64,000 nt of DNA, taken from NCBI GenBank assembly GCA_943356445.1, contig CALREZ010000001.1:15818-79817 (forward strand), in the 5' to 3' direction. The notes below the pieces were generated by a model. It saw only the letters and a list, made by a program, of their open reading frames with translations, did no database searches and was not told the DNA's origin. A program made the translations under genes and the position numbers. The DNA is from Candidatus Nomurabacteria bacterium (lineage in GTDB: Bacteria > Patescibacteriota > Minisyncoccia > Phycocordibacterales > CAIJYI01). Positions 58,469 through 64,000 of this stretch are shown piece by piece; the stretch's first letter is position 1, and each line of letters opens with the position of its first letter.

Positions 58469-58540
58469 TATAAGACAGAGGTCCTTGGTTCCTTGCCCTG
58501 CCGTAGCGAAGCGGAGGAGGGGATTCCAAGTGTGCGCACA
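58469..58540 (+). pseudogene. duplicated 3' half of tRNA-Ile interrupted by a 30-nt insertion (tRNA fragment)
   Basis: taagacagaggtccttggttc (58471..58491) and gattccaagtgtgcgcaca (58522..58540) match the anticodon-loop-to-3'-end of the upstream tRNA. A 30-nt insertion sits inside the T loop. No matching 5' acceptor strand upstream. Confidence 0.6.
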
Positions 58541-58650
58541 GGGAATGAAAACCGGCATGAGGTACATCATGCCGGTTTTCTTGACTTCTTGTGCGTTTCA
58601 GGTAGCCTGTAGGGAGAATACAAAACAATATAACTAAAGGGGTTATTATC

Positions 58651-59016
58651 GTGTCAAACTATGTTATTTCAAATGAGCAAAAAGACCTCTACCATGAGCT
58701 CAAAGATCGTTTAGTGTATTTGATCCTAAAAAGCAAAAGAGAAATTCTTGATATCGTATCAAACCGAATCTATCTCTGTGAAGACGGAGAATGGACGATT
58801 ATTTCTGAAAAACATGAAGTAACCGAGGGGACGCTTTCTCTTCATGTTCTTCTTACCGAATATGCCTGTCATTTGATGGGCGGAAGGAATTTGGGAATAA
58901 TGGTTATTAAAGACCAGGAAACATTCAACCGACTTTTTAACGGTTTTATTGAACTGATGAAAGTTGACGAAGAATTTTTGACGGGCGATCCGTACGATAC
59001 GGATCTTTTGGTTTGA
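58651..59016 (+). CDS. hypothetical protein
   Basis: 121-aa ORF with a GTG start, preceded by AAAGGGG. Confidence 0.35.
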   Translation: MSNYVISNEQKDLYHELKDRLVYLILKSKREILDIVSNRIYLCEDGEWTIISEKHEVTEGTLSLHVLLTEYACHLMGGRNLGIMVIKDQETFNRLFNGFIELMKVDEEFLTGDPYDTDLLV

Positions 59017-59044
59017 TAAAGCTTAAAATAAAAAGGAGATAAAA

Positions 59045-59476
59045 ATGACTCAAACTTGCGCATGCCCCGGTTTTTCCGCTGCGACGCATATATTGCATAT
59101 GGCGGCGCGCGCCGGACTATCTAAAGTGATCGTTGCCGCGCTTGAAGAAGGCGCTGATATCAAGGCTCGCGAATATGACGAACGCTGCCCCGATACCGGT
59201 TATGATGCTTTGGCTCTCGCTACTTACTTTGGACACCTTAATGCGGTAAGAGTTCTCACCGCTTTCGGCGCGGATCATGATGTTCTGGTTGAAAAAGGAA
59301 CGACGCTTTTGATTGTTGCCGCCCTGCAAGGGCACACGAAAATTGGCGAGTATCTTATCTCTCTCGGATTGCCGATTGATGTCGTTGACGGCGATGGCGA
59401 CTCCGCCCTGTCGGTGGCAAAAAGAGGCAATCATAAAGAATTTATAGCGATGCTTGAAAAGCATATGAAGCGATGA
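59045..59476 (+). CDS. ankyrin-repeat protein
   Basis: 143 aa with three or four ANK-like repeats (GYDALALATYFGHLNAVRVLTAFGADHD; GTTLLIVAALQGHTKIGEYLISLG). Strong SD AAAAGGAGAT upstream. Terminator at 59483..59515. Confidence 0.7.
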   Translation: MTQTCACPGFSAATHILHMAARAGLSKVIVAALEEGADIKAREYDERCPDTGYDALALATYFGHLNAVRVLTAFGADHDVLVEKGTTLLIVAALQGHTKIGEYLISLGLPIDVVDGDGDSALSVAKRGNHKEFIAMLEKHMKR

Positions 59477-59482
59477 TTTTAA

Positions 59483-59515
59483 AACCGTTCCGGTATTTAC
59501 GGAACGGTTTTTTCT
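59483..59515 (+). terminator. rho-independent terminator
   Basis: aaccgttccg-gtattta-cggaacggtt followed by TTTTTC. Confidence 0.6.
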
Positions 59516-59587
59516 TGCCAAAACTCTGTCTTTGTGGTAGAACGAATGGGACGTTGGACATTGAAATCAGCCTAAAGGAGGGCGAAA

Positions 59588-60859
59588 ATGGAAGGAAAAA
59601 GAAAGAAATATAATAGAGAAGCGGAACAACTTCTCAGAAAACTTTCGACTCATGAAAATGAATTAACTAATAGTGAACATTTTGAACTGAATGAAATATT
59701 CGGTGCACATTGTTATTCACCTTTGGATGAACTCGTTATCGAAAAAACTCGCGGAGTATGGGTGTGGGATATTGAAGGAAAAAGATACATGGACGGACTT
59801 TCCGCTTATTCCGCGCATAATGCCGGGCATTGCCATAGGACAATCGTCAAAGCAATGCGCGAACAAATTGGAAAATGCGATACGACCTCGGGCGCTTTCT
59901 TGCATAAAGAATTAGGGCCGTTCAAAGCTGAACTTGCCGCATTTTGCGGGAAGGATATGGTTTGGCCGCAAAATGGCGGAGTTGAAGCATGGGAATTTGC
60001 GGTTAAAGTTTCTCGTCTTTGGGGGTATCGTGAAGCAAAGGGAGTTCCCGAAGAAAAAGCGGAGATAATCGTTATGAGAGGGAACTTTCATGGACGAACT
60101 CTCGCTGCAACCAGCGCTTCTTCCGAACCTGCTTACAAAAAAGGTTTTGGACCGTTTCTTCCCGGTTTTGTCTGGGTTGATTATGACGACACCGAAGCTT
60201 TGCAAAACGCCATTACCCCAAATACCGTCGCTGTTATTTTTGAACCAATTCAAGGCGAAGCAGGAATTAAAGTTCCTCGTTTCGGGTATTTGAAAGCGGT
60301 AAGAGAATTGTGCGACAAACATAATATCTTGATGGTTGCTGACGAAATACAAGTCGGTCTTGGACGCACCGGATATAAATTCGCTTGCGACTATGAAAGT
60401 GTTGTTCCGGATCTTTACATTATCGGTAAGGCTTTGGGCGGCGGATCTGTCCCGGTTTCAGCTGTTGCCGGAAATAAAGACATTCTCGGGCTTATCGAGC
60501 CTGGCACGCACGGCTCGACCTTTGCGGGAAATCCGCTGTCTTGCCGTGCGGCTCGTGCATATCTTCGCGTATACGAAGAAGAAGATCTGGCTGAAAAATC
60601 GCGAGTAATGGGAAATTATTTCATGGATCGTCTCTCTACCATATTTTCGTCGCATATCAAGGAAATCCGGGGAAGAGGCTTGCTTATCGGTGTTGAACTC
60701 AATAGTCCAGCCCGTCCTTTCTGTGAAGAATTGAAAAGACTGGGGCTTTTATGTAAGGAAACACATGGAAATATCATTCGTATTGCTCCGCCTCTGGTCA
60801 TTACCAAAAAACAAATAGACTGGGCGGTAAAACGCATCAAAAAGGTTCTTGAAGCCTAG
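59588..60859 (+). CDS. rocD: ornithine aminotransferase (class III PLP-dependent aminotransferase)
   Basis: 423 aa. VWVWDIEGKRYMDGLSAYSAHNAGHCH and DEIQVGLGRTG ... IGKALGGG (PLP lysine region) match the ornithine--oxo-acid transaminase family. SD AAAGGAGGG upstream. Confidence 0.8.
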   Translation: MEGKRKKYNREAEQLLRKLSTHENELTNSEHFELNEIFGAHCYSPLDELVIEKTRGVWVWDIEGKRYMDGLSAYSAHNAGHCHRTIVKAMREQIGKCDTTSGAFLHKELGPFKAELAAFCGKDMVWPQNGGVEAWEFAVKVSRLWGYREAKGVPEEKAEIIVMRGNFHGRTLAATSASSEPAYKKGFGPFLPGFVWVDYDDTEALQNAITPNTVAVIFEPIQGEAGIKVPRFGYLKAVRELCDKHNILMVADEIQVGLGRTGYKFACDYESVVPDLYIIGKALGGGSVPVSAVAGNKDILGLIEPGTHGSTFAGNPLSCRAARAYLRVYEEEDLAEKSRVMGNYFMDRLSTIFSSHIKEIRGRGLLIGVELNSPARPFCEELKRLGLLCKETHGNIIRIAPPLVITKKQIDWAVKRIKKVLEA

Positions 60860-60868
60860 GTGAAACAC

Positions 60869-60903
60869 TATCGCCCCGACGAGTATCGGGGCGATTTTTT
60901 TAT
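60869..60903 (+). terminator. rho-independent terminator
   Basis: atcgccccgacgagtatcggggcgat hairpin followed by T9. Confidence 0.65.
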
Positions 60904-60958
60904 TGACTTTTTATTTATTTCATGATACAATAATAACCAGATTTTGACAACATGAAAG

Positions 60959-61603
60959 GTGAAAGCCATGAGCACGAAACAAGAAAAGGTGCCGGTGGTC
61001 ACCTATGCACTACTCGAGAAAATTGAGACTCGTAAAACTCAAAAGGAAAAACAACGCAAGCTGGAATCTTCGTACCGCGCTGGCGCAAAAAAACAAGAAG
61101 CTCTTTTACTGAAACAAAGGGCGGAACGCGAGCGATTGCGCGCAGTAAAAGAAGAACTTCGCGAGGAAATCAGACGCACTCACGTCATACCTTCTTTTAT
61201 CTTGGAAAGAAAACGCGCAAAAAAAGAAGAGCAAAAGAAAGCGAAAGAATTTGCTTTTGTTGAACGGCACCGTCAAAAAAAACTTGCGGAAGATATTCTT
61301 CAAGAACAAAAAGAACAAGCTTTTCGCTCAAAACAATTCAGAAAAGAATTGCGTTTGGCCAAAACGGTTCCTCTTGAGATTAAAAGACTGCCACTTTTGT
61401 TTGAAGAAAGCGAAATCGGGAAGGCTCAATTGCTTGAGTGTGAAAAAACAATAGTTCCTCTTTTGGTAAAACTTGCCAAGATCGTCGGCTTTGATGTTGA
61501 ACTTGACGAATTCGGAGAAAAAACCGCTTTAATCTTATGGAAACCTTATCCTTATTGGCGATACGCTTTCTCGGATAAAAAGAGCGGGGCGTTGAATGGA
61601 TAG
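60959..61603 (+). CDS. hypothetical K/E/R-rich coiled-coil protein
   Basis: 214 aa, highly charged and helical-looking; no family recognised. Confidence 0.45.
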   Translation: MKAMSTKQEKVPVVTYALLEKIETRKTQKEKQRKLESSYRAGAKKQEALLLKQRAERERLRAVKEELREEIRRTHVIPSFILERKRAKKEEQKKAKEFAFVERHRQKKLAEDILQEQKEQAFRSKQFRKELRLAKTVPLEIKRLPLLFEESEIGKAQLLECEKTIVPLLVKLAKIVGFDVELDEFGEKTALILWKPYPYWRYAFSDKKSGALNG

Positions 61604-61618
61604 TTCTCCAAAAACATA

Positions 61619-61652
61619 ATCGGCACAGGGTCTAGACCCTGTGCCGATTTTT
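61619..61652. terminator. bidirectional rho-independent terminator between convergent genes
   Basis: cggcacagggtctagaccctgtgccg perfect hairpin, flanked by A-run and T-run. Confidence 0.65.
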
Positions 61653-61665
61653 ATGATGTTGGTTT

Positions 61666-63162
61666 TTAGAATCCCGGGAAGAAATCTTTTTTGATCTGCG
61701 AATCTTTCAGTCCCATTTCTTTTAACGTTTTTTCCAAGGTTATCACCATGGCCATCGGGCCGGCGACGTAAAATGTTCTTTCACGATAATCGGGAATATT
61801 TTTTTCTATGGAATTTTTATCTATGTTTTCGCCTTTGTCGGAAAAGAGATAGGTTGTCCGCAAGCCGAACTTCGCTGCCGCTTCATTGAAGATATTTCTG
61901 TATGAGACGTTCTCTTCTTTTTTGTTTGCATACAGGAGAACAATGTCCCGTTTTTCTCCCGCGTCTGTCGCATATTTTATCATGCTTCTGAAAGGAGTAA
62001 TGCCGATACCTCCGGCGATGAAGGCGAGTTTTTGTTTGGTATCAAGAGGAAGAACGAAGTCTCCGACGAGGTGAGAAGCGATAATAGCGTCGCCGGGCTC
62101 CATGGAGAGCATTTTCTTTTTAAAGGTGCTCCCGTTGTCGCAGAATTTTATGCCGATACGAATCTCGTCTTCCGTCGGAGACGAAGAAATGGTGAGATAC
62201 CGTCTGATTCCGCGATTATCGGGGTTCTCATGCGGAAGCATCCACTCCATATATTGTCCGGCTTTGTAACGGAGCTTTTGAGGGGAATCAAAAACAAATT
62301 CGGCGGTATCGGCGGCGATAACTTCTATTTTTTTTAATTTCAAAAGCAGGTTATCTTTGGTGCTGACGAAGTATGAACCGAGATTGCCAAGCAATAGGGC
62401 GAGTTCCGGCGTGGAATATATTTGTCCGATATGAACCCATGGGACGAAGAGAAAACCGACGGCCGTTCCATAGGCGACGCGCAGTTTTTTTGTCGGGGGG
62501 GTGGTAAGCGGTTCGGTGAGCATAATGAAAGCAAAGAAGAAAAGAGGGGAATTTCCAAGCGCTCGCGAGATGACGGAAAGGGGATTTCCTCCAGAGACAA
62601 TGGCCGGAACGATAATAAAAACCAAAGCCGTAATCAGAAAAGAACCGGCAAGATCAAACCGTCCTATTTTACGGACGAGAAGAAATCCTCCAATCATTAC
62701 GAAAGGAAGCATTGTCGGCGTACCGATCCACCATGTTGCGGAGAGTCCGAGAGTAAGCGATACAAGCGCCACCGCAAAAGCGGCCGGGTTGAAAATGTGC
62801 CGTTTTTTTATGGCGAACATGAATTTGGATGCCATGGCCCAGACGGCTGCCCAAAAGGAGAGCACGTAGTATCTCCAATCTGTTGCTGATGACGGAGGAG
62901 TAATGAGCGCGGTTAAAATGAGGGCGGTGATATACACCGATTCGTCGTTCGCGGGAACCTCAAAGACTTTTGCAAAAATATCATTCGTGAGCGAACAGAA
63001 AAAGAGAAGAAAAGCGGCGGAGAAAATCAGAGAAAAAGGATTGAGATGAAGAACCCCGAAGGAGGCGAGGAATACCGCTCCGGAGAGAATAAAAACAAGC
63101 GTGTAGAGCGTAACGCGGTACATCGTCGCTTTATCTAAAATTTTGTCTATGAAAGTGAACAT
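61666..63162 (-). CDS. RnfD/NqrB-like membrane domain fused to ferredoxin-NADP reductase-like FAD/NAD(P)-binding domain
   Basis: 498 aa. N-terminal ~270 aa are polytopic. C-terminus has RYLTISSSP (FAD RxYS), AFIAGGIGITPFRSM (NAD GGxGxxP) and ends FPGF. Confidence 0.6.
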   Translation of the reverse strand: MFTFIDKILDKATMYRVTLYTLVFILSGAVFLASFGVLHLNPFSLIFSAAFLLFFCSLTNDIFAKVFEVPANDESVYITALILTALITPPSSATDWRYYVLSFWAAVWAMASKFMFAIKKRHIFNPAAFAVALVSLTLGLSATWWIGTPTMLPFVMIGGFLLVRKIGRFDLAGSFLITALVFIIVPAIVSGGNPLSVISRALGNSPLFFFAFIMLTEPLTTPPTKKLRVAYGTAVGFLFVPWVHIGQIYSTPELALLLGNLGSYFVSTKDNLLLKLKKIEVIAADTAEFVFDSPQKLRYKAGQYMEWMLPHENPDNRGIRRYLTISSSPTEDEIRIGIKFCDNGSTFKKKMLSMEPGDAIIASHLVGDFVLPLDTKQKLAFIAGGIGITPFRSMIKYATDAGEKRDIVLLYANKKEENVSYRNIFNEAAAKFGLRTTYLFSDKGENIDKNSIEKNIPDYRERTFYVAGPMAMVITLEKTLKEMGLKDSQIKKDFFPGF

Positions 63163-63217
63163 AATAATTTAAATGTGCCGCCATGGATTCCGGCTCAAGG
63201 CCGGAATGACGATATCT

Positions 63218-63958
63218 TTATAAATACTTTTCAAATCCGCTCGTCATGGTTGCTATCCCATTTTTGTCTATCGCGTATCCCTCAAAATCGGCGAGGCTTT
63301 CAATGAAATTGATCCCTTGTTTTCCCATCGCGAAAGCAGGGGTGGCGAAACGGTCGGCTTCGTAGATGTTCGGGCCGATAACGGTAATGCTTGCGATTTC
63401 GTCGGCCGAGGCGTTTTGCTTTGACGGGTTGTAAATATGCTTTCCGCGAGCTTGATTTCCCGATGTCGCGACGCCTCGGTTGCTGATGTTGAGAACTTTT
63501 ACTATCTCTTTTTCGTCAAAAGGGTTGCGTATGCCGATCTTCCATGGCTGACTATTCTCATTTTTGCCTCGCACCTCCATATCACTTCCGACATTAACGT
63601 AAAAATTTTCAAATCCTTCATCTCGTAAAATTTCCGCGGCGTTATAAATAGCCCAGCCTTTTACCAATCCCGACGGGTCCAAAAAACCTCCGGGGGATCG
63701 GATATCAAAATATCCGTCGGAAAGTTTTTTTGTTTCCTCACAGAGCTCAAAAACTTTCCGCATATCGTCGGAAAAATCCTCTTCTCGTATGATGCCGTGG
63801 TTAATCTTCGTTATTTCGCTCGTTTCTTTGTAGACGCTGAATTGTTCGTCAATGGAACGAAAATAAGAAAATACTTTTTCAAAAATACTTTCGGGAATAT
63901 CATTTCCCGGAATATCAACCGTGACGGGCATCCCCATGATGATCCGCTCTTTTTTCAT
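63218..63958 (-). CDS. apbE: ApbE-family FAD:protein FMN transferase
   Basis: 246 aa. MGMPVTVDIPG ... GYAIDKNG and the overall ApbE pattern; it looks short or truncated relative to typical ApbE proteins of ~300 aa. Confidence 0.65.
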   Translation of the reverse strand: MKKERIIMGMPVTVDIPGNDIPESIFEKVFSYFRSIDEQFSVYKETSEITKINHGIIREEDFSDDMRKVFELCEETKKLSDGYFDIRSPGGFLDPSGLVKGWAIYNAAEILRDEGFENFYVNVGSDMEVRGKNENSQPWKIGIRNPFDEKEIVKVLNISNRGVATSGNQARGKHIYNPSKQNASADEIASITVIGPNIYEADRFATPAFAMGKQGINFIESLADFEGYAIDKNGIATMTSGFEKYL

Positions 63959-64000
63959 GTTTTAGAGAAGAGCTTGTTTAAGGGCGGAATCCAAAGAAGC

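Noticed and set aside
58395-58637. 80-aa ORF (and antisense 60-aa ORF) overlapping the tRNA-Ile fragment region.
   Set aside because: They overlap a tRNA and its duplicated fragment. Arg/Ala-rich translation of GC-rich RNA-gene sequence is a common artefact.
53051-64000. Search for a canonical anti-SD (GGATCACCTCCTT), tRNA-Ala and 23S rRNA downstream of the 16S.
   Set aside because: None found by eye anywhere in the remaining 11 kb. Absence is reported as a finding rather than an annotation.

Overview
This window is AT-rich and gene-dense. Its 16S rRNA gene (51567..53050) is divergent, carries a mismatch in the universal 515F site, and has no recognisable CCUCC anti-Shine-Dalgarno tail. Together with the glycan-heavy, fatty-acid-synthesis-free gene content, this points to an uncultivated, CPR/Patescibacteria-like bacterium; that placement is inference.

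From ~0.6 to ~51.2 kb the window is one large surface-glycan biosynthesis island:
- at least ten glycosyltransferases: GT4 (x7), GT2 (x3, one fused to a methyltransferase), GT11 alpha1,2-fucosyltransferase, GT10 alpha1,3-fucosyltransferase, a GNT-I-like GT-A protein and a GT-C-like membrane protein
- seven SAM-methyltransferase domains (including FkbM-type)
- a GtrA/GtrB-like lipid-linked glycosylation module
- an AsnB-type amidotransferase
- a complete GDP-D-glycero-alpha-D-manno-heptose pathway (GmhA, HddA, GmhB, HddC) plus GalE
- a complete GDP-L-fucose pathway (ManC, Gmd, Fcl)
- a nonulosonic-acid-like module (PseB/FlaA1-type 4,6-dehydratase, RmlD-like reductase, NeuB-family synthase, CMP-sugar synthetase, and a Maf/DUF115-methyltransferase fusion) with no aminotransferase
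- Wzm/Wzt ABC exporter, where Wzt carries a C-terminal extension
- an O-antigen-ligase-like membrane protein with TPR repeats

The most unusual element is a compact ACP-centred module (36.5..42.8 kb). It encodes AcpS, an FkbH-like HAD-IIIC loader, a stand-alone ACP, a MaoC dehydratase, two SDRs, an MBOAT O-acyltransferase and an SGNH-like partner. I interpret it as an ACP-dependent O-acylation system for the glycan that uses a C3 acyl group derived from glycolysis, analogous to Dlt but without an adenylating enzyme. A paralogous MBOAT+partner pair sits 4 kb downstream.

Downstream of the 16S gene the rRNA operon is not canonical. About 5.3 kb of protein-coding DNA separates 16S from a tRNA-Ile(GAT), and no 23S is present. 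Two GC-rich long-stem inverted-repeat (MITE-like) elements bracket a small cassette. That cassette encodes a membrane protein and a coiled-coil protein containing 42-nt tandem repeats, with an apparent leaderless promoter. The tRNA-Ile is followed by a duplicated 3' half interrupted by a 30-nt insertion.

The 3' end of the window carries a PP2C phosphatase, an ankyrin protein, ornithine aminotransferase, and an RnfD/NqrB-like::FNR-like fusion next to an ApbE flavin transferase. All calls rest on reading the supplied translations and sequence by eye; no database searches were run.
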